A DNA stretch of 64,000 nt, from the NCBI RefSeq assembly GCF_001677475.2, contig NZ_CP015229.1; one strand, given 5' to 3'. The notes below the pieces were generated by a model, which was not told the origin of the DNA, made no database searches, and was given only the letters and a program-made list of their open reading frames with translations. The translations under genes and the position numbers were made by a program. Positions 39,689-51,379 of the stretch are shown piece by piece. Numbering within the stretch: the stretch's first letter is position 1; each line of letters starts with the position of its first letter. The DNA is from Escherichia coli. GTDB lineage: Bacteria; Pseudomonadota; Gammaproteobacteria; Enterobacterales; Enterobacteriaceae.

Positions 39689-39796
39689 ATGCGCATAGCT
39701 AAAATTGGGGTCATCGCCCTGTTCCTGTTTATGGCGTTAGGCGGAATTGGTGGCGTCATGCTCGCAGGTTATACCTTTATTTTGCGTGCTGGCTAA
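39689..39796 (+). CDS. yohO: 35-aa small membrane protein
   Basis: ATG 39689 preceded by AAGGAG; translation [35 protein letters not shown]; not in supplied ORF track because it is under 60 aa. Confidence 0.75.
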
Positions 39797-40508
39797 GCGC
39801 CTGCACCAGCCTTTCAAACAGGCGGTCTGCGATGATCGCCGCCAGTGCCACCAGTAACGCCCCCTGGATCACATACGCGGTATTAAATCCGCTAAGCCCG
39901 ATGATGATGGGCGTACCCAGCGTGCTGGCCCCTACCGTTGAGGCGATCGTCGCCGTACCAATGTTGATAATCACCGAAGTTCGCACGCCCGCCAGAATCA
40001 CCGGAGCCGCCAGCGGTAGCTCGACCTTACGCAGTCGCTGACCACGACTCATTCCCATACCTTTCGCAACTTCTGTCACGCTGGCATCAATCGCTCCCAG
40101 CCCGGCAAGTGTCGCCTGCAGGACGGGCAGCACACCATAAAGGATCAAGGCGATAATCGCTGGTTGCAGACCAAAGCCGATCACCGGAACAGCAATCGCC
40201 AGCACTGCGACAGGCGGAAAAGTCTGCCCAACGGCGGCAATAGTTTCCACCAGTGGGCGAAATTCCGCGCCCCACGGGCGAGTGACTGCAATTCCGGCAC
40301 CAGTGCCAATGATCACCGCAAACAAACTCGAAATTCCCACCAGCCAGAAATGAGCCAGTGCCAGAGCCGCAAAACTTTCTTGCTGATAAACGGGTCGTGG
40401 CAGTTGTGGGAACAAGGCAGCAAACAGCGGCTGGCTGTAAGGCAGCCAGAAAATCAGTGCCACAAACAAAGCAATGAGCCAGAACAGCGGATCGCGCAAC
40501 ATCTTCAT
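39777..40508 (-). CDS. yehW: ABC transporter permease (osmoprotectant uptake)
   Basis: 243-aa multi-TM permease; operon with yehX, yehY and osmF. Confidence 0.9.
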
Positions 40509-40512
40509 ACGC

Positions 40513-41439
40513 TTACGCCTCCTCCAGCAGATCCTGAAAATGCAGCGTGCCGCAAGGCTGGCCCTGCGTGTTCACCACCGGCAGCACCTCGCATCCCCGC
40601 GCGACAAACAGAGAGAGCGCATCGCGTAGCGTCATCTCTTCTGCCAGTGCCTCACCTTCTGCTCGTTCTTCGCGACGCACGTAATCCGCCACACTACGTA
40701 ACGAAAGCAGGCGCACACCCAGTTCACTACGTCCAAAAAACTGGCGGACAAAATCATTCGCCGGACGAGTCAGCATCGTCAGCGGACTGCCCTGCTGCAC
40801 CACTTCACCGCGATCCATCAACACCAGATGTTCAGCCAGCCGTAGCGCCTCATCAATATCATGAGTGACCAGCACAATAGTGCGCCCCAGCAAACGGTGA
40901 ATGCGCGTCATCTCTTGTTGCAACGCGCCGCGCGTTACCGGGTCCAGTGCGCCAAAAGGTTCATCCATCAGTAAGACTTGCGGATCGGCAGCCAGTGCGC
41001 GCGCCACTCCCACACGTTGCTGCTGACCACCGGAAAGCTGATGCGGATAACGCTCACGCAAATTTGACTCCAGCCCCAGTAGCGCCATTAATTCGTCGAT
41101 ACGATCGTCAATCCGCGCCCGCGACCATTTTTGCAATTGCGGCACGGTAGCGATGTTTTGCGCCACGCTCCAGTGGGGAAACAGGCCAATAGATTGAATG
41201 GCATAGCCCATCCGGCGGCGCAACTCCAGTACTGGCAGCGAGCGAATTTCTTCTCCGGCAAAGCGGATCACGCCGCTGTCATGCTCCACCAGGCGGTTAA
41301 TCATTTTCAGGGTGGTGGATTTGCCGGAGCCAGATGTGCCAATCAGCACCGAAAAACTCCCTTCCTGAAAATTGAGATTGAGATCGTTAACGGCTTTTTG
41401 TGCGCCGAACAGTTTGCTGACATGGCTAAATTCAATCAT
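40513..41439 (-). CDS. yehX: ABC transporter ATP-binding protein
   Basis: 308-aa; Walker [13 protein letters not shown] signature LSGGQQQR. Confidence 0.92.
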   Translation of the reverse strand: MIEFSHVSKLFGAQKAVNDLNLNFQEGSFSVLIGTSGSGKSTTLKMINRLVEHDSGVIRFAGEEIRSLPVLELRRRMGYAIQSIGLFPHWSVAQNIATVPQLQKWSRARIDDRIDELMALLGLESNLRERYPHQLSGGQQQRVGVARALAADPQVLLMDEPFGALDPVTRGALQQEMTRIHRLLGRTIVLVTHDIDEALRLAEHLVLMDRGEVVQQGSPLTMLTRPANDFVRQFFGRSELGVRLLSLRSVADYVRREERAEGEALAEEMTLRDALSLFVARGCEVLPVVNTQGQPCGTLHFQDLLEEA

Positions 41440-42589
41440 TACGTTTCACCTTCAGCAGTGCGATAAGCAAATCGAACAGCGCGTCGGTAAGCACCGCCAG
41501 AACAATTACCGGGATCACCCCGAGCAACACTAAATCAATGGCGCTGCTTAGCAGCCCCTGGAAAACCAGCGCACCAAAACCGCCTGCGCCGATTAACGCC
41601 GCAATCACCGCCATACCTACAGTTTGCACCATCACCACCCGCAGGCTGCGCAGAAATACCGGTAACGCCAGTGGTAACTGAACATGCAGAAAACGCTGCG
41701 CCCCGCTCATGCCCATCACTCTGGCGCTCTCCAGCACATCGCGCGGGATCTGGTTCAAACCGACTACCACGCCGCGCACCAGCGGCAGCAAGGCATAGAG
41801 CACCAGCGCAATCAGTGCGGGTGTCATTCCGGTTCCTGCTATGCCGAGCTTCCCCAGCCACGGAAAGGCCGTAACCAGCGCGGCAAGCGGCGCAATCAAC
41901 AGGCCAAAGAGCGCCACCGAAGGCACGGTCTGAATGACATTGAGCAGAGAAAAAATCGCCCCCTGCCGCGCAGTGGAAAAGTAGCACCAGATGCCCAATG
42001 GCACACCAATCACTAACGCAGGCAGCACCGCACCAAACAGCAACGTCAGATGTTGCGCCAGCGCGTCGTCAAACACATCCTGACGGTTGACGTACTCTTT
42101 CATTAGCGAGAGATCGTTAAGCGCGCCGGAGTACAGCAACCACAGCGGAATGATGGCAATCTGCATATGCAACAACCAGCGCCACAGCGGATGCGTGGAG
42201 ATTCGGCGGATGGCATCACTACAGGCCAGCAATGCCAGCGCCATAGCCAACCAGAAACCACTGCCGAGGCTGGTACGCGCCAGCGCACTACCATTTTGCG
42301 CCAGTTGTGTCGCCGCCTTTCCAGCTCCCCACACCAGCAATACGAAGACGAATTGCGCCAGAATGAGTGCAAAAATGCTGCCTTTTTTAGCGGGAATAAA
42401 ACAGGCTGTCAGCCAGGCGCAACCAACGCCCACCAGCATCCAGATCGTTTGCGGCCACAGTTGCCAGAGATGACGCCCTTCACCCGAGACTAAACGATTA
42501 GGCGCGTAACTGATAAACGGCAGCGCCGCTGCGATTGCCGTCAGCAACAGCAGCAGCGCCAGAACAGGATTAATACGTAGATAAGTCAC
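41432..42589 (-). CDS. yehY: ABC transporter permease
   Basis: 385-aa multi-TM permease; 8-bp overlap with yehX. Confidence 0.9.
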   Translation of the reverse strand: MTYLRINPVLALLLLLTAIAAALPFISYAPNRLVSGEGRHLWQLWPQTIWMLVGVGCAWLTACFIPAKKGSIFALILAQFVFVLLVWGAGKAATQLAQNGSALARTSLGSGFWLAMALALLACSDAIRRISTHPLWRWLLHMQIAIIPLWLLYSGALNDLSLMKEYVNRQDVFDDALAQHLTLLFGAVLPALVIGVPLGIWCYFSTARQGAIFSLLNVIQTVPSVALFGLLIAPLAALVTAFPWLGKLGIAGTGMTPALIALVLYALLPLVRGVVVGLNQIPRDVLESARVMGMSGAQRFLHVQLPLALPVFLRSLRVVMVQTVGMAVIAALIGAGGFGALVFQGLLSSAIDLVLLGVIPVIVLAVLTDALFDLLIALLKVKRND

Positions 42590-42595
42590 GGGAAA

Positions 42596-43513
42596 TTACT
42601 TCGTCCACCCTTTTTGTTTCAGGTAGTCGGCAGCCACTTTTTTGGCATCCAGTCCTTCCACTGCAATGCTGGCATTCAGTTGCTGCAATGTTTTTTCATC
42701 GAGGCTGGCGAAGACTGGCTGTAGCCACTGTGCCATTTGCGGATACTCCTTCAACACCGATTCACGCACCACTGGTGCAGGCGCGTAGATAGGTTGCACG
42801 CCTTGCGGATCGCTTAAGGTTTGCAGCCCCAGCGCCGCGACCGGACCGTCAGTGCCGTAAGCCATTGCGGCATTAACGCCAGAAGTTTGCTGGGCAGCGG
42901 CTTTAATCGTTACCGCCGTGTCGCCGCCAGCCAGTGACAGTAACTGATCCTGACCGAGCTTAAAGTCATAGGCTTTTTCAAAAGCGGGTAAGGCATCGGC
43001 GCGTTCGATAAACTCTGCCGAGGCTGCCAGTTTGAAGGTGCCGCCCTCTTTCAGATAACGACTCAGGTCGGCAAGCGAAGTGAGTTTGTTTTTCTCTGCC
43101 ACATCCTGACGCACGGCGATGGTCCAGGTGTTATTCGCAGGTGCGGGCGTCAGCCAGATTAACTTGTTTTGCTCTGCATCGAGTTTTTTGACTTTCTCGT
43201 AACCCTGTCCGGCATTTTTCCACGCTGCATCGTTTTCATCTTTAAAGAAGAAAGCGCCATTGCCGGTATATTCCGGATAGATATCCAGTTCACCGGAAGT
43301 AATCGCTCCGCGAACCACAGGAGTCGTTCCGAGTTGCACTTTATTGACCGTCGGTACGCCGTGGCTTTCGAGTACCTGCAAGATGATGTTGCCGAGTAGC
43401 GCGCCTTCGGTATCGATTTTTGAACCGACTTTAACGGGGGAAGCCGCGTGCAGCGGCAGGCTCACGGCTGCCAACAAAACCAGTGAACCTGCCCAGACCT
43501 TTGAGAGTGGCAT
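42596..43513 (-). CDS. osmF: periplasmic glycine betaine/osmoprotectant-binding protein
   Basis: 305-aa with signal peptide; OsmF/YehZ. Confidence 0.9.
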   Translation of the reverse strand: MPLSKVWAGSLVLLAAVSLPLHAASPVKVGSKIDTEGALLGNIILQVLESHGVPTVNKVQLGTTPVVRGAITSGELDIYPEYTGNGAFFFKDENDAAWKNAGQGYEKVKKLDAEQNKLIWLTPAPANNTWTIAVRQDVAEKNKLTSLADLSRYLKEGGTFKLAASAEFIERADALPAFEKAYDFKLGQDQLLSLAGGDTAVTIKAAAQQTSGVNAAMAYGTDGPVAALGLQTLSDPQGVQPIYAPAPVVRESVLKEYPQMAQWLQPVFASLDEKTLQQLNASIAVEGLDAKKVAADYLKQKGWTK

Positions 43514-43640
43514 GATGCTTTCCTCATTCTTTTACTGTTGTTTTCAGCGAATTAAGAGAAAAGCATAGTTGATAATGGCGGGGTTAGCCTGACTGGGCGG
43601 ATTCAGTTGCAGAATCAGATAAATACTTAAGAGGCATATT

Positions 43641-43690
43641 CGGTCCGGCCTTTCCTGCCGGATGCGGCGCGAGCGCCTTATCCGGCCTAC
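43641..43690. repeat. REP element
   Basis: GCCGGATGCGGCGCGAGCGCCTTATCCGGCCTAC, canonical REP palindrome. Confidence 0.8.
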
Positions 43691-43764
43691 AAAGGGCGAA
43701 AATTCAGCAAGTTAAGATATGAACATCAGGCAAAGGGCGCAGACGTCGCGCCCTTACTAAAGCA

Positions 43765-46062
43765 TTACAGCAACTCAAACTCACCTTTCTTAACGCGCGC
43801 GGAATCGGTGCCGATGAAGACGTTGAACTTGCCTGGCTCGGCGTCATATTTCATCTGTTGATTCCAGAACTTCAGCGCCTCGATATCGATCGGGAAGCTG
43901 ACGGTCTGAGTTTCGCCCGGCTTCAGGGTGATTTTCTCAAAGCCTTTTAGCTGTTTCACCGGGCGACTCATGGAAGCCGTCACATCCTGCAAGTACATCT
44001 GCACTACCGTGGCCCCTTCGCGTTTACCGGTGTTCGTCACCTGCACGCTGGCCGTCACTTTGCCGTCACGCTTCATGGTCGGCGCAGAAAGTTTCACATC
44101 AGAGACGGTGAAAGTGGTGTAGCTCAGACCATAGCCGAACGGATAAAGTGCCCCGTTAGCTTCATCAAAATAACGCGAAGTGTATTTGTTCGGCTTGTCG
44201 GCATTATACGGACGCCCGGTATTCAGATGGCTGTAGTACACCGGGATCTGCCCGACAGAACGCGGGAAGGACATTGGCAGCTTGCCGGACGGGTTGTAAT
44301 CACCAAACAACACATCGGCAATTGCATTACCGCCTTCAGTCCCCGCAAACCAGGTTTCCAGAATCGCATCAGCCTGCTGATCTTCTTTCACCAGCGCCAG
44401 CGGACGCCCGTTCATCAGCACCAGCACCAGCGGTTTACCGGTGGCTTTCAGCGCCGCAATCAAGTCACGTTGGCTTTGAGGAATAGTGATATCGGTACGG
44501 CTGGAGGCCTCGTGCGCCATCCCCTGTGCTTCACCGACCACAGCCACCACCACATCAGATTGTTTCGCGGTTTGCACCGCTTCATCAATCATCTCTTGCG
44601 GCGAGCGCGGATCGACTTTGACCGCTTCTTCATACTGATTCAGGAAATCGATAATGCCTTTGTCACTGGTAACGTTCGCCCCTTTGGCATACAGCACTTT
44701 ACCGTTTTCACCGACGGCATTTTTAATCCCGGTCAGTACGGTCACGGATTGATCGGCAACACCGGCTGCGGACCAGCTGCCCATCACGTCACGTTTACTG
44801 TCCGCCAGTGGCCCAACCACCGCAATGGTGGTCGATTTTTTCAGCGGTAACGTTTCGAGACGGTTTTTCAGCAACACCAGGCTTTCACGCGCCACTTCAC
44901 GCGCTTCTTTGCGATGCAGGCGGCTTTCAGCATTGGTATCCACCGGGTCAGACTCTTTCGGTCCCAAATGGCTGTATGGGTCGTTAAACAGCCCCATATC
45001 ATATTTAACGTTCAGTACATGACGGGCAGCGTCATCCAGCTCTTCCATCGTCACTTTGCCGGATTTGATCAACCCAGGCAGATACTTCGAGTAATACTCG
45101 TCGCTCATACTCATGTTGATGCCGGATTTCAGTGCCACGCGCACCGCATCTTCCGGGTCTGCCGCCGTGCCATGTTTAATCAGCTCTTTGATTGCACCGT
45201 GATCGGAAACGGTGATGCCTTTAAAGCCCCACTGGTCGCGCAGAACATCTTTCAGCAGCCAGGAATCGGAGGTGGCTGGCGTGCCGTTCAGCGAGTTCAA
45301 CGCCACCATCACCGCGCCGCTGCCTGCGTCCAGCCCCGCTTTATACGGCGGCATATAGTCATTAAACAGACGCTGCGGGCTCATATCGACGGTGTTGTAC
45401 TCTTTACCACCTTCTACCGCGCCGTATGCAGCAAAGTGTTTGACACTGGTCATCACCGAGTAGCGATCTGCCGGGCTTTTACCCTGCATCGCTTCCACCA
45501 TGGTTTTACCCATTATTGAGGTGAGATACGTATCTTCGCCAAAACCTTCGGAAGCACGTCCCCAGCGCGGATCGCGCGAGACATCGACCATCGGTGCCCA
45601 GGTCATATTCAGGCCATCATCTGCCGCTTCATAAGCAGAGACACGTCCGACCGTTTTCACCGCATCGAGGTTAAAAGACGAGGCCAGACCGAGGCTAATC
45701 GGGAACACCGTGCGCTGACCGTGCAGCACGTCGTAAGCAAAGAAAAGAGGAATTTTCAGGCGGCTTAATTCCATCACCTGATCCTGCATGGCGCGGATAT
45801 CCTGACGGGTTACGGTGTTGAAAATCGCCCCAACCTGCCCGTCTTTGATCATCTCGCGGATCGCCTCTTTCGGGTTATCCGGGCCGACGCTGATTAAGCG
45901 CAGCTGACCAATTTTCTCATCAACCGTCATTTTCTTAAGCAGTTCGGTGACGAACGCATCCCGTGCTTCAGGCGTTAATGGATGGTTACCGAATAAATCA
46001 TCCGCCAGTGCTGGCTGCAGGGCCAGACTCACCGCGATTCCTACTGAACATAGCCATTTCAT
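43765..46062 (-). CDS. bglX: periplasmic beta-glucosidase (GH3)
   Basis: 765-aa product from Met at 46062 with signal peptide; ORF extends to 46134. Confidence 0.93.
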   Translation of the reverse strand: MKWLCSVGIAVSLALQPALADDLFGNHPLTPEARDAFVTELLKKMTVDEKIGQLRLISVGPDNPKEAIREMIKDGQVGAIFNTVTRQDIRAMQDQVMELSRLKIPLFFAYDVLHGQRTVFPISLGLASSFNLDAVKTVGRVSAYEAADDGLNMTWAPMVDVSRDPRWGRASEGFGEDTYLTSIMGKTMVEAMQGKSPADRYSVMTSVKHFAAYGAVEGGKEYNTVDMSPQRLFNDYMPPYKAGLDAGSGAVMVALNSLNGTPATSDSWLLKDVLRDQWGFKGITVSDHGAIKELIKHGTAADPEDAVRVALKSGINMSMSDEYYSKYLPGLIKSGKVTMEELDDAARHVLNVKYDMGLFNDPYSHLGPKESDPVDTNAESRLHRKEAREVARESLVLLKNRLETLPLKKSTTIAVVGPLADSKRDVMGSWSAAGVADQSVTVLTGIKNAVGENGKVLYAKGANVTSDKGIIDFLNQYEEAVKVDPRSPQEMIDEAVQTAKQSDVVVAVVGEAQGMAHEASSRTDITIPQSQRDLIAALKATGKPLVLVLMNGRPLALVKEDQQADAILETWFAGTEGGNAIADVLFGDYNPSGKLPMSFPRSVGQIPVYYSHLNTGRPYNADKPNKYTSRYFDEANGALYPFGYGLSYTTFTVSDVKLSAPTMKRDGKVTASVQVTNTGKREGATVVQMYLQDVTASMSRPVKQLKGFEKITLKPGETQTVSFPIDIEALKFWNQQMKYDAEPGKFNVFIGTDSARVKKGEFELL

Positions 46063-46257
46063 ATGGATTTTTCTTCCTTTGTTGCCCGACGTGGCAGCGA
46101 AAATGGTGCAAAAACCGTAGTTTGCCATAAGCATGATGGAGAGAGAAAAAGAATGCTCAGTTTATTGTCTGAATTTTCAAAATATTCACTCGCTGAATTG
46201 TCATACAAGGCGCTATTCTAGTTTGTGATATTTTTTCGCCACCACAAGGAGTGGAAA

Positions 46258-47973
46258 ATGTCTTCCATGACAACAACTGATAATAAAGCCTTTTTGAATG
46301 AACTTGCCCGTCTGGTCGGTCATTCACACCTGCTCACCGATCCCGCAAAAACGGCCCGCTATCGCAAGGGCTTCCGTTCTGGTCAGGGCGACGCGCTGGC
46401 TGTCGTTTTCCCTGGCTCACTACTGGAATTGTGGCGGGTGCTGAAAGCCTGCGTCACCGCCGACAAAATTATTCTGATGCAGGCTGCCAATACCGGTCTG
46501 ACCGAAGGATCGACGCCAAACGGTAACGACTATGATCGCGATATCGTGATCATCAGCACCCTGCGTCTCGACAAGCTGCACGTTCTCGGCAAGGGCGAAC
46601 AGGTGCTGGCCTATCCGGGCACCACGCTCTATTCGCTGGAAAAAGCCCTCAAACCGCTGGGACGCGAACCGCACTCAGTGATTGGATCATCGTGTATAGG
46701 CGCATCGGTCATCGGCGGTATTTGTAACAACTCCGGCGGCTCGCTGGTGCAACGTGGCCCGGCGTATACCGAAATGTCGTTATTCGCGCGTATAAATGAA
46801 GATGGCAAACTGACGCTGGTAAACCATCTCGGGATTGATCTGGGCGAAACGCCGGAGCAGATCCTTAGCAAGCTGGATGACGATCGCATCAAAGATGACG
46901 ATGTGCGCCACGATGGTCGTCACGCCCACGATTATGACTATGTCCACCGCGTTCGTGATATTGAAGCCGACACGCCCGCACGTTATAACGCCGATCCGGA
47001 TCGGTTATTTGAATCTTCTGGTTGCGCCGGGAAGCTGGCCGTCTTTGCGGTACGTCTTGATACCTTCGAAGCGGAAAAAAATCAGCAGGTGTTTTATATC
47101 GGCACCAACCAGCCGGAAGTGCTGACCGAAATCCGCCGTCATATTCTGGCTAATTTCGAAAATCTGCCGGTTGCCGGGGAATATATGCACCGGGATATCT
47201 ACGATATTGCGGAAAAATACGGCAAAGACACCTTCCTGATGATTGATAAGTTAGGCACCGACAAGATGCCGTTCTTCTTTAATCTCAAGGGACGCACCGA
47301 TGCGATGCTGGAGAAAGTGAAATTCTTCCGTCCGCATTTTACCGACCGTGCAATGCAAAAATTCGGTCACCTGTTCCCCAGCCATTTACCGCCGCGCATG
47401 AAAAACTGGCGCGATAAATACGAGCATCATCTGCTGTTAAAAATGGCGGGCGATGGCGTCGGTGAAGCCAAATCGTGGCTGGTGGATTATTTCAAACAGG
47501 CCGAAGGCGATTTCTTTGTCTGTACGCCGGAGGAAGGCAGCAAAGCGTTTTTACACCGTTTCGCCGCTGCGGGCGCAGCAATTCGTTATCAGGCGGTGCA
47601 TTCCGATGAAGTCGAAGACATTCTGGCGCTGGATATCGCTCTGCGGCGTAACGACACCGAGTGGTATGAACATTTACCGCCGGAGATCGACAGCCAGCTG
47701 GTGCACAAGCTCTATTACGGCCATTTTATGTGCTATGTCTTCCATCAGGATTACATCGTTAAAAAAGGCGTGGATGTGCATGCGTTGAAAGAACAGATGC
47801 TGGAACTGCTACAGCAGCGCGGCGCGCAATACCCTGCCGAACATAACGTCGGTCATTTGTATAAAGCACCGGAGACGTTGCAGAAGTTTTATCGCGAGAA
47901 CGATCCGACCAACAGTATGAATCCGGGGATCGGTAAAACCAGTAAGCGGAAAAACTGGCAGGAAGTGGAGTAA
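46258..47973 (+). CDS. dld: FAD-dependent D-lactate dehydrogenase
   Basis: 571-aa product from ATG 46258 (GGAGTGG SD); recognised as Dld. Confidence 0.93.
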   Translation: MSSMTTTDNKAFLNELARLVGHSHLLTDPAKTARYRKGFRSGQGDALAVVFPGSLLELWRVLKACVTADKIILMQAANTGLTEGSTPNGNDYDRDIVIISTLRLDKLHVLGKGEQVLAYPGTTLYSLEKALKPLGREPHSVIGSSCIGASVIGGICNNSGGSLVQRGPAYTEMSLFARINEDGKLTLVNHLGIDLGETPEQILSKLDDDRIKDDDVRHDGRHAHDYDYVHRVRDIEADTPARYNADPDRLFESSGCAGKLAVFAVRLDTFEAEKNQQVFYIGTNQPEVLTEIRRHILANFENLPVAGEYMHRDIYDIAEKYGKDTFLMIDKLGTDKMPFFFNLKGRTDAMLEKVKFFRPHFTDRAMQKFGHLFPSHLPPRMKNWRDKYEHHLLLKMAGDGVGEAKSWLVDYFKQAEGDFFVCTPEEGSKAFLHRFAAAGAAIRYQAVHSDEVEDILALDIALRRNDTEWYEHLPPEIDSQLVHKLYYGHFMCYVFHQDYIVKKGVDVHALKEQMLELLQQRGAQYPAEHNVGHLYKAPETLQKFYRENDPTNSMNPGIGKTSKRKNWQEVE

Positions 47974-47975
47974 AA

Positions 47976-48008
47976 ATTACGGATGGCAGAGTATCGCCAT
48001 CCGTAATT
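47976..48008. terminator. bidirectional terminator between convergent dld and pbpG
   Basis: 12-bp stem ATTACGGATGGC/GCCATCCGTAAT with 8-nt loop. Confidence 0.7.
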
Positions 48009-48011
48009 CAC

Positions 48012-48944
48012 TTAATCGTTCTGTGCCGTCTGCCCCGCCGCCGCCATCTGAGCGGCTTTTTGTTTTTTATAGCTCAACGCCGCAGCCGGAACAGGCATCA
48101 CTTTACCGGTCTCAATCCAGGTACGCAGGCGGCTGGCATCGGCAAAATGGGTATATTTGCCAAATGCATCCATCACCACCAGCGCCACCGGTTTATTATT
48201 GATAACCGTGCGCATCACCAAGCAATGCCCTGCGGCATTGGTAAAACCGGTTTTGGTTAACTGAATATTCCAGTTATCGCGATAAACCAGATGGTTAGTA
48301 TTGCGGAACGGCAGGGTGTACGTCGGATTAGAGAAAGTCGCCATATCTTCACGGGTGGTACTCAACTGACCGATCAACGGATATTGTTTGCTGGCAATCA
48401 GCAATTTGGTCAGGTCACGGGCCGTCGAAACGTTATGCACCGACAACCCGGTCGGTTCAACAAAGCGCGTGTTGTTCATTCCGAGCGACTTCGCTTTCGC
48501 ATTCATCGCTTTAATAAAAGCGTTATAACCACCAGGATAATGGTGCGCCAGGCTTGCCGCCGCGCGGTTTTCTGAAGACATCAGCGCCAACAACAGCATA
48601 TCTTTACGGCTGATTTCGCTGTTCAGTCGCACGCGCGAATAGACCCCTTTCATCTCCGGCGTTTGGCTGATATCCACTTTTAGTTTTTCATCCAGCGGCA
48701 GTCGCGCATCCAACACGACCATCGCGGTCATTAATTTGCTGATAGACGCAATCGGACGCACCAGATCCGGGTGGTTCGAATAGATCACTTTGTTGGTATT
48801 CAGATCAACAATCATCGCGCTACCGGAGGCAATTTCCGGTTGTGAAGCGGTGGTAGCGGCTGCCGTTTTCGCAACGGTCTGCGGTGCAAAAGGCACAGCC
48901 AGCATCAGGGCCAGGCTAAATAAAGAAACTCGAAATTTCGGCAT
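48012..48944 (-). CDS. pbpG: D-alanyl-D-alanine endopeptidase (PBP7)
   Basis: 310-aa with signal peptide, SxxK motif (SISKLMT). Confidence 0.93.
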   Translation of the reverse strand: MPKFRVSLFSLALMLAVPFAPQTVAKTAAATTASQPEIASGSAMIVDLNTNKVIYSNHPDLVRPIASISKLMTAMVVLDARLPLDEKLKVDISQTPEMKGVYSRVRLNSEISRKDMLLLALMSSENRAAASLAHHYPGGYNAFIKAMNAKAKSLGMNNTRFVEPTGLSVHNVSTARDLTKLLIASKQYPLIGQLSTTREDMATFSNPTYTLPFRNTNHLVYRDNWNIQLTKTGFTNAAGHCLVMRTVINNKPVALVVMDAFGKYTHFADASRLRTWIETGKVMPVPAAALSYKKQKAAQMAAAGQTAQND

Positions 48945-49117
48945 GATGAGCATTCAGATAGTGGTTCACGCGCACGGGTTGCGCACCGCCGGAGTAAGGA
49001 TTTACTGAGGCTAGCGACGCCATCATAACGAGCAAAAAGTGCGATCGTCAAAGGAGAATCGTGAGGAAATGCTGCATTGCTGACATTTACGCCAGCAATG
49101 CAACACAAAAGAACTTT

Positions 49118-49705
49118 CTAGAACAAACGATAACCGTAACCCCATAGTATAACGGTAAGGGCGAGCAGCACTTCCAACACCAGCACGCCTATCGCCAGCG
49201 TCGAACTGGAGAAGCTAAGTCCATCCTCTTTGTTGATATTCAGGAAGCTCGGAATACCGAGATAAAGCAGGTAGCCGGTGTAAAACAGCGCCACCGTGCC
49301 GACCAGCGCACACAACCAGACCAGCGGATAAAGCGCCACCAGACCGCTTAAAAACAGCGGAGTTGCAACGTAGCCCGCGAAGACCATGCAGTGCGCAAGT
49401 GATGGACGTTGCGGATAATTGCGCGCCATCCACCAGATGACCCGCCCCATCACCGCGACTCCAGCGAGCATAACGCCATAAAACAGGACAGCCAGCGCCA
49501 GTCCGGTAAACCAGGATAACTTCAGGATAGTGCCATCGCCAAAATTCCAGCCAATCTGTGTAGTGCCAATGAAGGCGCAAATCACCGGAATCGCCGCCAT
49601 CAGCAAAACGTGGTGGGTGTAATGGTGAGAAATCGTTTCGTTTTCGCGATTAATCACCTGCATTTCACGATCGGGATGGGAAAACAGTCCCCAGACATGG
49701 CTCAT
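49118..49705 (-). CDS. yohC: Yip1-family inner membrane protein
   Basis: 195-aa multi-TM protein; recognised as YohC. Confidence 0.8.
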   Translation of the reverse strand: MSHVWGLFSHPDREMQVINRENETISHHYTHHVLLMAAIPVICAFIGTTQIGWNFGDGTILKLSWFTGLALAVLFYGVMLAGVAVMGRVIWWMARNYPQRPSLAHCMVFAGYVATPLFLSGLVALYPLVWLCALVGTVALFYTGYLLYLGIPSFLNINKEDGLSFSSSTLAIGVLVLEVLLALTVILWGYGYRLF

Positions 49706-49874
49706 ACCGCCCCCTTGTTGTGAGTTCATGAACCTGACAGTTCAAGTATAAGTCAGCTTGTGATTATTTTTTGTTCGCTTATGTAATTTGCACCGTCTGA
49801 TGTATGTCCTTTTTCAGCGTGAACCATTCACAGGGTGTATGCTTACAGGCAACCAAAGGGAGACAGACTGGCCT

Positions 49875-50453
49875 ATGGATCTCAATACACTCATCTCACA
49901 ATATGGTTATGCCGCGCTGGTGCTCGGCAGTCTGGCAGAGGGTGAAACCGTGACTTTGCTGGGAGGCGTTGCGGCACATCAGGGATTATTAAAATTCCCG
50001 CTGGTGGTTCTTTCTGTGGCGCTTGGCGGCATGATTGGCGACCAGGTGCTTTATCTGTGCGGACGGCGGTTTGGCGGCAAGCTGTTGCGTCGTATCTCAA
50101 AGCATCAGGATAAAATTGAGCGGGCGCAGAAACTGATCCAGCGCCATCCGTATCTGTTTGTTATTGGCACGCGTTTTATGTATGGCTTTCGGGTCATTGG
50201 CCCGACGCTGATTGGTGCCAGCCAGTTGCCACCGAAAATCTTTCTGCCGCTGAATATTCTCGGCGCATTTGCCTGGGCGTTGATTTTTACCACTATCGGT
50301 TACGCCGGTGGTCAGGTGATTGCGCCGTGGTTGCACAGTCTTGATCAGCATCTGAAACACTGGGTCTGGTTGATTCTGGTCGTGGTTCTGGTGGTTGGCG
50401 TGCGCTGGTGGCTGAAACGGCGCGGGAAGAAAAAGCCGGATAATCAGGCGTAA
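49875..50453 (+). CDS. yohD: DedA-family inner membrane protein
   Basis: 192-aa product from Met 49875; DedA-like. Confidence 0.85.
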   Translation: MDLNTLISQYGYAALVLGSLAEGETVTLLGGVAAHQGLLKFPLVVLSVALGGMIGDQVLYLCGRRFGGKLLRRISKHQDKIERAQKLIQRHPYLFVIGTRFMYGFRVIGPTLIGASQLPPKIFLPLNILGAFAWALIFTTIGYAGGQVIAPWLHSLDQHLKHWVWLILVVVLVVGVRWWLKRRGKKKPDNQA

Positions 50454-50461
50454 AACCATTG

Positions 50462-50529
50462 CCCTGGATAAGGCGTGACATCCGGGGCACCATGCCTGAT
50501 GCGACGCTGGCGCGTCTTATCATGCCTAC
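50462..50529. repeat. REP/BIME element
   Basis: GCCTGATGCGACGCTGGCGCGTCTTATCATGCCTAC and adjacent GGATAAGGCG...CATCCGG palindromic units. Confidence 0.7.
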
Positions 50530-50565
50530 AACATACCCATTGAAATATCCACATATCCCATTGCG

Positions 50566-51327
50566 CTACTCCGGTTTAAACTGCGGATTCGCCAGCATAA
50601 AACCGCCATCGACAATCAACGACTGCCCGGTGGTGTAATTTGCGCCTTCGGAACATAGCCAGACCACCAGACTGGCAATCTCATGCGTTGCGCCGAAACG
50701 CCGCAGGGGAATTGATGGCTCTGCATCGGGCTTCACGTCGCCGTCATCCATGCCGTTCATCGGCGTGGCGATGGCTCCTGGCGCGACCGCATTCACCAGA
50801 ATCTTATGCCTGACCAGTTCGAGCGCCATCGCTTTGGTTAACCCGCCGAGTGCATGTTTAGCGGCGGTGTAGGCGCTGGCATCCGGCAGCGGCGTATGTT
50901 CATGTACCGATGTAATGTTGATGATGCGACCACCTTGCCCCTGTTTCACCATCTGGCGGGCGGCAATTTGCGAGCATAAAAAAGCACCATCGACATCAAC
51001 GGTAAAAATCTTGCGCCACTCATCAAAAGCCATATAAAGAAACGGCGCTTTGGTCATGGCGCCCGCATTATTCACCAGCACATCAATACGCCCCAGTCGT
51101 TGAATGAGTTTCTCCAGCGCCTGCGCACCTTCTGGCAGTTTACCGAGATCCAACTGCACGATCTCCGCACGGACGCCGTGGCTGATTACCTCACGCGCGG
51201 TTTCTTTTGCCCCTTCTTCATCAGAGTGCCACGTAATGCCAATATCAAAACCCTGCTGCGCCAGTAATAACGCGCATTCTTTGCCGATCCCCGAATCGGA
51301 GGCGGTAATTATCGCGACCTGTGCCAT
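50566..51327 (-). CDS. yohF: short-chain dehydrogenase/reductase
   Basis: 253-aa; TASDSGIG Rossmann motif, YTAAK catalytic motif. Confidence 0.9.
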   Translation of the reverse strand: MAQVAIITASDSGIGKECALLLAQQGFDIGITWHSDEEGAKETAREVISHGVRAEIVQLDLGKLPEGAQALEKLIQRLGRIDVLVNNAGAMTKAPFLYMAFDEWRKIFTVDVDGAFLCSQIAARQMVKQGQGGRIINITSVHEHTPLPDASAYTAAKHALGGLTKAMALELVRHKILVNAVAPGAIATPMNGMDDGDVKPDAEPSIPLRRFGATHEIASLVVWLCSEGANYTTGQSLIVDGGFMLANPQFKPE

Positions 51328-51379
51328 CGAGATCTCCACTTAACGCTGAATAAACGTTAAGTATAGAAGGCGCATATCA

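Noticed and set aside
40164-40868. 234-aa ORF antisense across the yehW-yehX junction
   Set aside because: Overlaps two well-supported ABC transporter genes on the opposite strand; Arg/Pro/Ser-rich translation typical of antisense GC-rich frames.
44227-45519. Several 200-aa ORFs antisense to bglX
   Set aside because: All lie inside the bglX coding region on the opposite strand with no start signals and low-complexity translations.
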